This document shows positions 40,341 through 53,075 of a DNA stretch of 64,000 nt, piece by piece. This stretch comes from Octopus bimaculoides (taxonomy: Eukaryota), in NCBI RefSeq assembly GCF_001194135.2, contig NC_068989.1, forward strand, positions 81,712,845-81,776,844, given 5' to 3'. The notes under the pieces were generated by a model. It had not been told where the DNA came from. It did no database searches and worked only from the letters and a program-made list of their open reading frames with translations. The stretch's first letter is position 1. The number at the start of each line of letters is the position of its first letter. The translations under genes and the position numbers were made by a program.

Positions 40341-40475
40341 ATCAATATAGTTGACGAGGAGAATGCAAGTGGAGACAAAGTGAAGAATGGACCGAAGAAA
40401 ATCCCCATTGGTTGGAGAAAAGACTTTGACAGTCACGGCGAGATGGTTTTCTTACATTCCAGCTCCAACCATAAA
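40341..40475 (+). CDS. ARHGAP12: ARHGAP12/27-like exon B (first half of tandem WW region), phase 0-0
   Basis: ttttatttcAG|ATCAAT...CATAAA|GTATAT; 135 nt; INIVDEENASGDKVKNGPKKIPIGWRKDFDSHGEMVFLHSSSNHK, similar to ARHGAP12 PRGWSEELDERGHTLYTSDYTNEK (recalled). Confidence 0.85.
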
Positions 40476-40573
40476 GTATATAAAACCTTACACTATAATT
40501 TTCTGTACTTTTTCAATCTTCAATGCCAATGCCTTATTTTACTTATTTTTTTCATGTTTTCTCTCTTTTTAAA

Positions 40574-40640
<67 letters not shown>

Positions 40641-40719
40641 ATTTTCNNNNNNNNNNNNNNNNNNNNNNNNNNNNNNNNNNNNNNNNNNNNNNNNNNNNNN
40701 NNNNNNNNNNNNNNNNNNN

Positions 40720-40778
<59 letters not shown>

Positions 40779-41046
40779 ATTTTCTTTCACTTTTCTGCAT
40801 TCTCTACTCTCTGCCTGCTTGTCTGTCTGTCTGTCTATCTCTTTCTCTCTCTATCTCAGTTTCTATGCATCCTTCATCTGCTCTCTTTTTCATACATTCA
40901 CCTTTACCATTTCACATTCTCTATCTGTCACCCTTTTAACTATTTGATTTCCCCCCATTTTCCTTTCCCTCCTTTCTATTTCTCTTCTTTCTTCTCCTTC
41001 CTTCCTGATTGTCCCTCTCTTTAATCTCTCTCTTTTCCCCTTACAG

Positions 41047-41127
41047 TGGAAGCAGTCTATAGATCAGACTGGCAGACCTTATTACTACAGGGAAGGTTCT
41101 ACAGAATCTGTATGGGATCTTCCAGTG
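41047..41127 (+). CDS. ARHGAP12: ARHGAP12/27-like exon C (WW domain), phase 0-0
   Basis: ttttccccttacAG|TGGAAG...CCAGTG|GTAAGT; 81 nt; WKQSIDQTGRPYYYREGSTESVWDLPV, similar to WLKHVDDQGRQYYYSADGSRSEWELPK (recalled). Not in the ORF track. Confidence 0.9.
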
Positions 41128-41535
41128 GTAAGTACCACATCCCACTGTTGTTCCCTCTGCCAAGGGTTCTGCTGGTGATAATATGATGTTGACACCACAT
41201 TCATTATCATATTGCTGGTCTTTCTGGGGTCTACTTTTTTTTTTGTTATTGGATTCTTGTGTGTGTGTGTGAATTGTTTTGTTTAGTAGTGGAGGAATAT
41301 CTCTTGCATAATTATGTGTCTTCTTTTTGTCTCTTTAGATATATATTTGTACATACATATGTATATTTGTGTGTACATATATAGACAGGCACATACTAGA
41401 ATATGTGTTTGTGTATGTATGTGTATATGTATGTANNNNNNNNNNNNNNNNNNNNNNNNNNNNNNNNNNNNNNNNNNNNNNNNNNNNNNNNNNNNNNNNN
41501 NNNNNNNNNNNNNNNNNNNNNNNNNNNNNNNNNNN

Positions 41536-41570
41536 AGGGGTAAGAGCTCTCTAAACTTTGCCCAGGCTAT
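41536..41570 (-). mobile_element. RTE ORF2 fragment at the edge of the 100-N gap
   Basis: Reverse complement atagcctgggcaaagtttagagagctcttacccct is identical to about 33502-33536. Confidence 0.75.
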
Positions 41571-41649
41571 ATACATACATATATATATATACATGATTTG
41601 ATTTTTGATACAATCTAGTTACAGCTTGTGAGCTGTGGCCATGCTGGGA

Positions 41650-42755
41650 CATCACCATTTGGTGTTGCTACATAATTTTACCTCACTAATTCTTTTTAGA
41701 AATTGACATCTGGTGCATGAGGGAGTTTGATTCCACTGCCCTCATCTGCCATCCTGGTGTCAAGTTGGTTCATTGGAACACTTGACAGTAACAGGTACAG
41801 TTTCATTTTGAAGACACCTACATCCACCATATGCAGGTCTCTCAGGTCCTTTGGGAGGATATTGAAGAGCTGTGGTACCCTGAAACCCAGGCTGTTGCAG
41901 TATCTTGTCCTAATTTGTAGTCCTTGATACTATGCAGTGGCACCCTGTTCTAGTATTTGTGTAACTCTCGATGCTAAAGTTTGGGACAAGTCCTTCCTGG
42001 ATCTTCCAGATGTATATTATGGCATATCTTTCTCGCCTAGGCTCTATGGAATAGAGACTTAATCTTTCGAGTTTTTACCAGTAACTTATATGCTGCATAG
42101 AAGCTATCTTCTTCATGTAGTAGCTTCATTGGATTGCCTCAAGTTCTGCAATTAATTTGACACTGGTTGGTGACTATAGCTGAGAGCAATAGTCAAAGTG
42201 GCTTAGTCCAAGTGTCTTCCAGAGGACTATCATGGTTTCCTGATCTCTTGTTCTAAAAGTTCTAAGACTCCATCTGGTCTGCCGCCTGCATTTCATTGCC
42301 AACTTAGCAACATGCACATGGAAGGATGCATCATTACTCATGTAGATGCCCAGGTCTCACACTGACTGTGTCTCTGGGATTGCAATCCCTCCAGGTCCAG
42401 TGTATTCAATTGGTATTGCATTTAGTTTTGCATGCTGATAACACAAGGCTTGAAACTTTTCAGCATTAAACTGCATGCTATTCTTTTCAGCCCACTTGTA
42501 TATTCCATTCAGCTCACATTGCAGGTGCATAGTGTCTTGAGGGTTCTGTATCACCTGTGAGACTGCATAACTTGTGATCATGGCTCTGTGTGTGGTTGAG
42601 GGCATATCTGAGAGGGCCATTATGAACAGTAGTGGTCCCAAAACAGTGCCTTGCGGAACACTGCTCACTATTTGTGTGTCATTGAATGTGGCCCCATTGG
42701 CTACTACCACCTGACTGCTATCCTTCAGAAAGTCATGCAGCCATTCTCCCCCACA
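41650..42755 (-). mobile_element. CR1/L2/Crack-like LINE, RT and C-terminal part
   Basis: VPQGTVLGPLLFIM..., WAEKNSMQFNAEKFQAL; further 3' an NSLGFR.PQLFNILPKDLR-like segment. Confidence 0.85.
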
Positions 42756-43993
42756 CACACTTTGTATATAAAGGGAGGTGAGATGTACTGATGAAAATGA
42801 AATGAGAAGGGAGAGTGTAGACTGAATGAGAGGTTAAAATTAGGAGAGAAAGAGACAGCGAGAGAGAAGTGAGAATAGATAAAGGAAACATTAAGTAGCA
42901 TCCAAAACTTTGGTATCAACTTAATTTGCTAAAATTCTTCTTCTCACAGACTATTAATAGTAAGGAAAAGATTTGGGGGCAAAAGATGATGACAACAATC
43001 ATGACAACAACAATGATGATACCAAATGTGGTTTGAAATAATTTACGTTATAATTTGTAAGTTTTTTTGCCTTGTTTGCTTTGTGTGAAGAAGCAATGTC
43101 CATGACCTTCGAAAGCTCTCTAAGATTGGTGAGTTTGATGCCATTAATGATTTATTAAAAACAGCTACAGGTCCACATCTGGAGAAAAGAAATGAGTTGA
43201 GAAAAAGCTCCACATGGCTTATGTCCTAAGGAGACAGGACTGGGAAATAATGGTTAGTGTGAGACTGAGAAAGTTGGATGTACCAAGAGTGATGAGAAAT
43301 GGAAAGGTGAGTAGGCTCAGAGAATCTGAGTAGTGGATGTGTTACATCCGTCAGCTCTGAGGAACAGAGGCCATTACAGTAATAAGAGACAGTGAGAGGA
43401 GAGAGCACACCTGTGGACCAGAAACTGTAGTGTGTCTGTTAGTGATTTTATGTCAATCAGTCAAGTAGCTCTTCTTTGGACATAGTCCAAGACGCCTGTG
43501 TGCATAGAAGCTTCCCTGTCTCAGATGTTGGGGGCAGTACTCCTATGTGGGTTCCTTATAAGCCTTATAGTGTGTTGTCATCCTAAATCTCTTCCTTATT
43601 ATTTGTAGTCAGTGAAAGGAAAAAACTTGGGGGTTGAAATATTTTTTTTGGCTCTGACGAGAAGAGCCATTCTTGGATGTGGTCCAAGCTATGCTAAGGA
43701 TATGACTAGTGAGGCCCAGATTTAGAATGACTGTGAGGATTCTAGCTGAGCACTGCTCATGTTTAGTGGGATGCAGTGAGTTGTGCCTCATTCATATGAA
43801 TAGTGCTTCAGGGTTTGTTTTTTTCTTATTGTTAGGTTGGCATAACCAACTTTGTTGAACATTTTAACAACAACCAGAATCTCATGTCAGTCATAAATTA
43901 CAATCGTAGGACCAGACTTCATTCTATAAGTTTTACAGAAAGTTCAGATGCATGAATAAAGAACCTAAACAATAGAATATCAAAAGAATTTAC

Positions 43994-44092
43994 CATTTCA
44001 GAAATAATCAAATTGATGTAGACCAACCATTCTTGAATTTTCGTGTTATCATCTGCTTGTAATAAAATTTGGTTGTTCTGTATATCTTCCAG
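43994..44092 (-). CDS. ARHGAP12: Exon G, PH domain C-terminal helix, phase 0-0, in the inverted block
   Basis: Minus strand: atgcttacAG|CTGGAA...GAAATG|GTAAAT; 99 nt; LEDIQNNQILLQADDNTKIQEWLVYINLIISEM, carrying the conserved PH-helix tryptophan. Confidence 0.88.
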
Positions 44093-44869
44093 CTGTAAGC
44101 ATATAATTTGATGAATTATTAAAGCAATTAAGGTACTTGATAATATACAGAATAGTGCTGGTAGACATAACTATCCACATATCGTTACAGCACTATCATT
44201 TTGCTATACAGCACTAACACATTAGTATATAGTACTATCACATTAGTAATGTATATTTATGATCTTATTAATATCTTTTAGACAAGAATATCAAATTATT
44301 TGCGTATAAAGTACTCTTTTGGTATCCTGGAATCAGATTTTTCCATATGACTTAGGGTTAAGGCCAGGAAAATGTTAGTCATCTGCAAATGCACGGTTTT
44401 CTTATTGTGAACCCATTCTGTCTTACAAGTTCAATTATATTTTTGCAAGATAAGAAAGTTAATTTGCGGAAAGAGGATCATTTCTTTATGTAGATTCACA
44501 GCATATGCTCAAAGCATGTAGAGAGCAGACAAAAGGTTAAATCTGTTGAAAGAAACTGGTCATAAATTATCACTTTTATTTAGAAACATTTGAATGTTTT
44601 CCATTCCTTTTACTCATGGTTTGTTCAGTATCTGGTTGTTGTTATAGGTTATTTCAGGGGTAGCCATATTTACTATCACTTCAACTTCTATTGTATGTTC
44701 AACATATAAAAAAAAAATGCCAGCTATACAGTTGTATCAGATTTAGTAGTGGAAACTGATAGAGACTTGGATGGTGGTCAAAGCAACTATCATATTCTGT
44801 AAGATACATGAAAGTGACTTTTATGAACCATCTGTTTGAGGTAAAGAAACAATGCTGACAAAAACTTAC

Positions 44870-45053
44870 AAGGAGAACATTCTTCTTGCTTGAGATATCT
44901 TTTGAAGCATGAGAACACTTGGCTCCACCAAGGAATATAATTTGTTCTGGATTTCCATTTTTGGCACCAGGTCCGACTGCAGCAGCACGTTGATCTTTGT
45001 AAAATGCAATATTGGAACCAAATATCTTCACATATGTTTGACTCCACTTTTTC
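44870..45053 (-). CDS. ARHGAP12: Exon F, PH domain core, phase 2-0, in the inverted block
   Basis: Minus strand: ctctctacAG|GAAAAAG...CTCCTT|GTAAGT; 184 nt; KKWSQTYVKIFGSNIAFYKDQRAAAVGPGAKNGNPEQIIFLGGAKCSHASKDISSKKNVLL. The SKDxSSKKNV motif is typical of the ARHGAP9/12/15/27 PH domain. Confidence 0.92.
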
Positions 45054-45213
45054 CTGTAGAGAGATTAGTGGAAAAAATACTGACATTCTAACTCGTGTTA
45101 GCATGGAAAGCAATGTAAAACAATGAAAAACTGGCATCAAGTATTCCAAAGCTGAATACCAGTACGAAAACACAACACTACATTTGCTACCCATAGTAGC
45201 AAATCAATTCATC

Positions 45214-45610
45214 GAGTGGCTGTGTGGTAAGTAGCTTGCTTACCAACCACATGGTTCTGGGTTCAGTCCCACTGCGTGGCACCTTGGGCAAGTGTCTTCT
45301 ACTATGGCCTCGGGCCGACCAAAGCCTTGTGAGTGGATTTGGTAGACGGAAACTGAAAGAAGCTCGTTGTGTATATGTATATATATATATGTATGTGTGT
45401 GTATATGTTTGTGTGTCTGTGTTTGTCCCCCCAACATCGCTTGACAACCGATGCTGGTGTGTTTATGTCCCCATAACTCAGCAGTTCGGCAAAAGAGACC
45501 GATAGAATAAGTACTAGGCTTCCAAAGAATAAGTCCTGGGGTCGATTTGCTCGACTAAAGGCGGTGCTCCAGCATGGCCGCAGTCAAATGACTGAAACAA
45601 GTAAAAGAGT
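45214..45610 (+). mobile_element. Full-length, young SINE family 1 (tRNA-derived, CORE-like; possibly octopus OR2-type)
   Basis: gagtggctgtgtggtaag (A box)...gggttcagtccc (B box)...caccttgggcaagtgtctt (CORE-like)...internal microsatellite...gaaacaagtaaaagagt. Confidence 0.85.
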
Positions 45611-45639
45611 AGAAAGAGTATTAGTTTACAACAAAACAG

Positions 45640-46010
45640 CAATAGGCGTCAAGCACTTGCAGCCAACAGTGCTCTCTCTGAAGAAATATAACTTCTAAGT
45701 AGAGTCCATCAAGGAACTGTATAGGGACCACTGCTGTTTGTGGTGGCTTTCTCAGACATGCTTTCAGTCATACAGTCAGCTACTATTACAGTTATGCTGA
45801 CAATACAAAAGTAAGACTAGCAGAGGAAAACCCTCATGATAATACAAAATTACAGCAAGACCTAAACACAATATAGAAGTGAGCTGAAAAAAAAAAAAAA
45901 AAAGGCAGTTCAATGCTGAGAAATTCAAAGTACACTACTATCAGCCCACAAATAGATTGCAATCAGAATACATACGACCAGTGGATATTGCAATCCCAGA
46001 GTTACAATCA
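45640..46010 (+). mobile_element. Degraded LINE RT fragment
   Basis: ...SYADNTK...LQQDL..I.K.AE..QFNAEKF, same family as 41650-42755. Confidence 0.6.
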
Positions 46011-46154
46011 CAGCTATCGTTCTCTTTTGCCGAACCACTAAGTTACAGGGACGTAAACACACCAGCATCGGTTGTCAAGTGATGTTGGGGGGGACATAGA
46101 CACACAAACATACATATACACACACATACATACAGGAAATAGTGCAATACTAAC

Positions 46155-46210
46155 CCAACTTTTTTCCCATTTTCCATAATTTTTGTTTTGTTTAAGATTC
46201 CCGTCTTGTT
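46155..46210 (-). CDS. ARHGAP12: Exon E, PH domain N-terminus, phase 0-2, in the inverted block
   Basis: Minus strand: gaatttctttgcAG|AACAAG...GTTGG|GTTAGT; 56 nt; NKTGILNKTKIMENGKKV(G), similar to EKYGLLNVTKIAENGKKVR (recalled). Confidence 0.9.
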
Positions 46211-47547
46211 CTGCAAAGAAATTCAAAAAATCTTTTAAGAAACAAAAGGAGCAAAAAAGAAAAAAGATTGTGTAATCAAGACTTCAGAACAGTTATAGAA
46301 ATTGAGCTGTTAATCTCAAGTAGGGAGACAATATTAGAAAACTTAGGTTTTGATCTCAGACATGTAAAGAGTGAAACCATCTTATATGACTTTACAACAT
46401 TAATATACATTTAATATATATCAATATACATCAATATAAATTGAGTTGTTTCTTTATTACTTTCAGTTTTTTGAATAGCAACCATGCTCAGATACTTCCT
46501 TCAAAGGTTTTATAGCTGATTACCCTGATACTAGTACTTTATCTGGGACTTATTTTATCAAGCTCCATTTGTCAAATGGTAAAGTTCTCCTTGTAATAAA
46601 AGTATGTAACTTGCATAGAATTCTACAAGGTAGTTCTGTTTGATGCACAAATTCATCAGCAATCCATTATCGATATAAACATGTGCATAAACAAATATAT
46701 GTATGAATAAACAACATATATACAATATACATGCACACACATATATATATCATTAAATCCTGTGAAATCATCCAACATGAGCTAGACAATTTCAGAGGGT
46801 CTGATGAGTTGGAGGACTTCATGGACCTTTGATGACTGCTTTGCCAAGGCATCTACAGTTGGATAACCTTTATAATGTCAGCCACTTCTCAGAATGTATT
46901 AGGTGCTTTTTTCTCTTTATATCAAGGCTCCAGCACTGGTGGGGTTGCCAAGTAATTTGCAAGACAAAAAAACATCCCTTGATTGAGTGAAATGAAGTAA
47001 AGAGGAAGATGACTTTATGCCAGGTGTTGTTGTAGTGCAGATATATGGCTACTCGGCACTATATAAGGTGGCTAGGAGGAGACGGGGTGATAAAGATGGT
47101 GGTAACAAGTGTCAGCATGTACTCTCTATGCACAAGAGGATAAGTAAAGAGAGGAGCACAGAAGATCGGGAAGGATGGATGGGTAAGTCAGCCAGAGTGT
47201 GAGAGGAGATGACAGATAGTTAGAGATGGTGGTAGAGATGAATGTAGTGAACGGTGAATACAGAGTGGAGGCATTGTTGATGGTAAATAAGGATTCAGGA
47301 GAAGATGATAAGAAAAACAGGCAGCTCAGGAAGGTGGAGGTGATGAGTTGCAGAACAAAAAGCAAACAGAGCAACAGAATAACAAACTGTAGATAGATGA
47401 GAAATAAGGAGGTTATGTGTAGGGCGAGTAAAGAAGTAATGGTGGTGGGTAAACAGATGTACAGTGACAGGGATAGAGACCAGTGGTAAATAGGAGTGGA
47501 TATAGTGAGTGGCAAATAAAGGTGGGGTGGGAAATCAATAATAAATA

Positions 47548-47957
47548 TGGCGATCTTTCAATACCAGTACCAAATATCGGCCTTTTCCGTAAAAAGTGTC
47601 TTCAGCGATCTTTACCAAAGATCGGCCTTTTTCATAAAAAGTGTTGGAGGGAAAGAGGGAAATGGGTTAGGGTTTTAGGGTTAGGGTTAGTGTTTAGGGT
47701 TAGGGTTACAGTTAGGGTTACGATTACGGTTAGGGACGGAATTCCCTAACCCAAACCCTAACCCTAAAACCCTAACCGTAACCGTAACCCTAAACCCTTC
47801 AAACCCTAACCCTAAAACCCTAACCGTAACCCTAAACCCTTCAAAAGAAATTGCGCTCTCTGTATCTCTTTTGCTTTTACGACGTCGTTTCCCTCTTTCC
47901 CTCCAACACTTTTTACAGAAAAGGCCAATCTTTGGTACTGGTATCGAAAGATCGCCG
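47548..47957. mobile_element. Fold-back MITE with inward-facing telomere-like (TTAGGG)n/(CCCTAA)n repeats
   Basis: TIR ggcgatctttcaataccagtaccaaa.. / ..tttggtactggtatcgaaagatcgcc; TA at 47546-47 and 47958-59; centre ggttaggga-cggaat-tccctaacc. Confidence 0.85.
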
Positions 47958-48585
47958 TAGATATTGGATGGGGCTAATAATGATATATGGAAGTAATAAG
48001 ACGTAGCTCAGGACAAGATAACTGTCGGCTCAATGAAAAACAAACAGGCAAGAGATGATGTCGTGTATGAGGGATGAATCTCAAAAGGAAGTGGTAGCAG
48101 AAAAAGGAGACGAAATATGTAGTCCTGCTCTCATGTAATTACAGAAGCTGGATGGTGCAATAATTAGAAAAACGATGGCAAGATGGGTGACGGAAAAATG
48201 AGTCATTTTAATACTACACCATTACCCCAACTTCCATATGTATTTTATCTTGTTTAATTACTGCAACGTTATTATAATGTAGATAGTATACCATATTTCA
48301 TTACTGTAACTACTATACCATATCTAATTTCTCTAACCGAATCCAACTAATTCTAATTCATTATATGAACCTATGAAGGAGTATCTATATAGTTGATCAG
48401 GTTAGCAAAACTAGCAGCTAAATCTCCCTCACATCATAGCTCATTACCTTGAAAAGGGAGACATTGAATGATGTGACCTCAAACATATCTGCTAAAAAAC
48501 CAAAATGATCATGACTTGAATGTATTTAATAGACGGCTCCGTATACTCAGGATTGACCTGGGGCACAACAACAACAACAACTCAC

Positions 48586-48636
48586 CTTACAAATATCAAA
48601 TGCTGTTCCCATTAATGGCTGCACTTTCTCAGGACT
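48586..48636 (-). CDS. ARHGAP12: Candidate exon D (51 nt, WW-PH linker), phase 0-0, in the inverted block
   Basis: Minus strand: T-rich tract ttattttAG|AGTCCT...TGTAAG|GTGAGT (perfect donor). Only phase 0 is open: SPEKVQPLMGTAFDICK. No homology recognised. Confidence 0.6.
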
Positions 48637-49426
48637 CTAAAATAATTTTTTAAAAAAACAGAAAAAAAGAACAAATTCAGAAATGTAATTCTCTACAAAT
48701 GATGCCAGATCTTAGTAGATCAGGTATCAAATGTTTGGTAATCTTATATTTGGAAATATAACATTCTGTTTTTGAAATGGCTTAGTTAGTTAATGAGTGA
48801 GTGAGCAAGTGAGTAAGAGCGAGAGAGCGAGCAAGAACAAGAGCAAGAGAGAGAGAGAGAGAGTGGATTAGGTGAAGGGGGTTAAACTGGGTGACAGATT
48901 AAATCTACCGTTCTTAAATTATTATATCATTAAAATTTTGTGAATATGATGAAGCTAGACTGAATGATCTAAGTTTCTCTAGGTTGTTGTCTCACACTTT
49001 AGAGTTTAAGGAATTAAGGGGCGATTTTTAGAATTCTACGGACCCATTCTGATTAATATTTACAAACCAATTCTTTATGATTTTTACATGTTCAGACAAT
49101 TGTGCATGTGTACATGTGCGTGTGTCTACTTTACTAGAACTAAAACAGAAGAGAAAGACTTTTTCAGTCAAGCTAATACTGCACCTTAGATTGCCACTTA
49201 ACTTTATGTACCCTCACTCTCATACCATACATTAACACGTGGTTTTAAGAGGTGCAACCCAAAGGACTTTAGAGGGGAAACATCAGTCCATTTGTAAATT
49301 CTGAATAACTATTTACAACATCACCAAGCTTAATGCGTGTGTATATACATGTATATATATTATATATATAGTTCAAATTTACAGAAAATAAATGATGAAG
49401 ACAAGTGATGGAACAACAAACAGGTG

Positions 49427-49523
<97 letters not shown>

Positions 49524-49559
49524 AACACAAAGTGTGTGTGTGTGAGAGAGAAAGAGGAC

Positions 49560-50300
49560 CTTGCAAGATTCTTTAAGTTAATAAGTAGCATTCATGAATC
49601 AACCCAATTCAATATGGTAATGAATGAATGAAAGGGAATCCTTTTCTGGACATTCTAATAAAGAAAATGAGACAGTTGTAACCAACTTCTACTGCAAGAA
49701 CACAGATACACACCAATACTTAGATTTTAAATCTTACCACCCTTCCCACAAGAAAAGAAACATATCATTCAACTTGGCAAGCTGTTTATGCTGAATAGTT
49801 ACAGACACAAATAGATGAGGTAAATGACTGGTAGAACTAAATATGTTCCCTCATAAACAGAAATATCCCAAAATGCTAATAAATTATGCCATAACCAAGG
49901 CAAAAGAAATCCTGATCTCTGCCTTATCGAGAAACACTCTCACTGAGGGTGAATACCAGAAAAAGATATGTTTTGTCGTGGAAATCAGTGGCCCACTGGA
50001 CACCATGTGGTTAAAAATATACAAGAGGGAAAGGACAACTATGGGCTATTGATAAAGAATTTGCAAATCCAGAAGCCAAGACACACTTTCAGTTTCATAC
50101 CTATTATCAATGGAGTAACAGGGTACATACCAACCTGTCTGGGGAAAAATATAGCTGAACTTGGGTTCTGAGGGGCAAAATGCAAATCCTTAATTTATAC
50201 ACTATAAATGATCACACTATCTGGGACTATAAAAATCTGTGAGACCTTAAAATTTAAAGGATGATAAACAAAATGGGGCTTTTCTTCACAACCTTGCTAC
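49560..50300 (+). mobile_element. Decayed Penelope-like element (RT C-terminal region)
   Basis: LISSIHESTQFNM...ILFLDILIKK, then equivalents of YL.F.S.HP..K..I..NLA.R.C.IV and YPKMLINYAITKAKEI; many stops. Confidence 0.7.
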
Positions 50301-51219
50301 CAAGCAGGTGGCCAATCAAAATTTCTTCCAAATCAAAAGGAGAAAGAGGACAGACAGACATACAGACATACATACATACATTTGTAGTAAAGAAACATGG
50401 CACTATACACTAGTGGCAGTAGGTGGGTAATTTTTTGGTTTGAATATTTCAAGAATCTCTCACAGTGCCAGTAGCTCAGACGACAAAATTTGAATCTTAT
50501 TGTCCACACTGTCAAAAGTACTACAATATCATTAGATTTACAACAACTTAGTATTAAATTGGAAACCATGCCAGCATGGAAAGCGGACATTAAACGATGA
50601 TGACGATGATGATTTATAAGTTATAAATTAAGGAGTGGTTTTACAAAATATGCCATATGTCAGCTGGAATATCACTGAATGTAATATATACAAGGTGAAG
50701 CACTAGATAATTTGACATAAGTGAGTATTACAGAATAAAATGCATATCATGTGTAACACAGAATGTTGTTTATGTGACATAATGTTGCACACAATATGGA
50801 CCATAGATGTCATGTAATATGGTGTATAGACAGGAGAGGACACAGTATAATGTATGTAACTTGTAACAAGATGGCCGGGAGCAGAATATGATATGAGGTG
50901 ACACAGAATATTATATATATTTAGGTGCACTGCATACTGCAACTCATATGACAGGAATTCCATATATTGTATAATCTAGCTGGGGTGTCATATACCATGA
51001 TATAGTAGCTTGGCATTCTCAAATATATTAAAAAGTCCTGGACTAAGTAAGTAGATTTATTCAATATTGTGAATCATTATGGAACTGGTTTCATACACTA
51101 CACAAATTGATAACTATATTGATTTGTAACTTGACGAATAGGAGTCTCACAACAGCTCGTCCATAAAACATTCAATTTACACCAGAAAATACAGAATATT
51201 AGCTGAAATTTTCACTCAG

Positions 51220-51385
51220 TTCATCATCATTGTTTAACGTCCATTTCCCATGTTGGCATGGGTTGGATGGTTTGACAGGAGCTGTCCAAACTTCAATTGT
51301 CTTGTTTTGGCATGGTTTCAATGGTCGGACGCCCTTCCTAACACCAACCACTTTCCAGAGTGTGCTGGATGCTTTTTATGTGCCA
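51220..51385 (-). mobile_element. Degenerate RTE 3' UTR fragment
   Basis: catcatcattgtttaacgtccatttccc...gcccttcctaacacc...ttttatgtgccacc. Confidence 0.65.
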
Positions 51386-52676
51386 CCTGCACATTGCAAT
51401 AACTTGATTTTGATTCTTACCAACAACAGATAAAAAAATAATTTACAGAAATATAGTAGATAAACACCATGGAATATAGAAAACACTTAAAATCAATAAT
51501 GTCCCTTGTAAAAACATGAATACTACAAACTTCCATTAGCCATTCAATATAAGGTTAATGATTCAATAAAACATTGCAACAAATGCTAAGATCAATCCCA
51601 CTGGTAAGTTGTCACAGCTAGTAATACAAGAAACAGTATTGATAAACAGTTATTGCCTGAGAGTACAATTTCAAGATATTTGGTAAACTAATGAAATAAT
51701 GCTGTTTTGATCAAATACAAAGGAAGGTAGAAACAGCCACTAAAGAATTCTGAAATCAAGAAATATCTAATACAAAATAAAGAAATCAACTTTAAAAAAT
51801 AAAAGATATTTATGTTGAACAAAAAGAAAAAGTAAAACTGAATCAATTAGAATATTGAAAATGCAAGTAAGAGAAAATTATTGGCGTTAAGTGAAAATAG
51901 GAAAGATGGCAGAGCAATATATGTTCAGGTATGTTGACAGAAAGAACTTGTTGTTCAAGTGAAGAGTGGGAAAGGAAGGAAATACAGAGAAGTCTTTTAA
52001 TTCAATCAATTTGATTAAAAGATGAAAAACACCACCAAAAAAAAAAAAAAAAAAAAAAAAAACAGAATTTGGAAAAATAATGTAAATATAGAAAAATAAA
52101 TTGAAGTCAAGACTGATTTCTTTATAAGCAAAAGACTGGATTATAAGAGAGGGTATGCATAACATTGCAGTGGTATTCCATGACTTTCCAAATGCGATTT
52201 GCAATCTGACTAAAATAAAACTATTTCAACTGAGAATTGGAACCAGATGAAAGATACATGTCATAGCACAAATAGTCTGAAACTGTTTGTTCTGGTGATC
52301 CTGTTGTCTGCTAGAAGATGGTAGGGGTTCGCGCTCCAGCATGCAATATATACCGGGTACGGATTGCATCAATAAGCAGCTGGAGGAGGCTCTTTCTGAT
52401 GCTAAAAATGGTACTAAAGTCAAACAGCCATATTGATGTGGTGATAAACATTACTTCTCAGTATAGTTACTACTTTCATTTCTTATAGAAATTTTCTAAC
52501 TAGCTATTTTGCTTGTTTATATATATATTTAATGTCCATTATCCATGCTGGCATGGGTTGGACAAAATATATATGTATATACATACATACATATACTATA
52601 AACATATATGTAATCCTGTGTAAACACACACACATACGTGTGTGTGCGTATAAAACAGGCAAAAATAACGGGTTAC

Positions 52677-53075
52677 TCTTTACTCTTTTACTTGTTTCAG
52701 TCATTTGACTGCAGCCATGCTGGAGCACCGCCTTTAGTCGAGCAAATCGACCCCAGGACTCATTCTTTGGAAGCCTAGTACTTATTCTATCGGTGTCTTT
52801 TGCCAAACCGCTAAGTTATGGGGACGTAAACACACTACCATCCGTTATCAAGCAATGTTGGGAGGACAAACACAGACACACAAGCATATACACAAACATA
52901 CATATACATATATATGACGGGCTTCTTTCAGTTTCCGTCTACCAAATCCACTCACAAGGTTTTGGTTGGCCCAAGGCTATAGTAGAAGACACTTGCCCAA
53001 GGTGCCATGCAGTGGGAATGAACCCGGAATCATGTGGCTGGTAAGCAAGCTACTTACCACACAGCCACCCATGCA
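52677..53075 (-). mobile_element. Full-length SINE family 1
   Basis: ttactcttttacttgtttcagtcatttgactgcagcc...gctacttaccacacagccac. Confidence 0.85.

Noticed and set aside
40647-40719. Apparent duplication of (CT)n-ttgcattttc on both sides of the gap
   Set aside because: Most likely overlapping contig ends (negative gap), not biology.
47660-47850. Telomere-fusion scar
   Set aside because: Enclosed by TIRs with TA flanks and too short and degenerate; better explained as a MITE.
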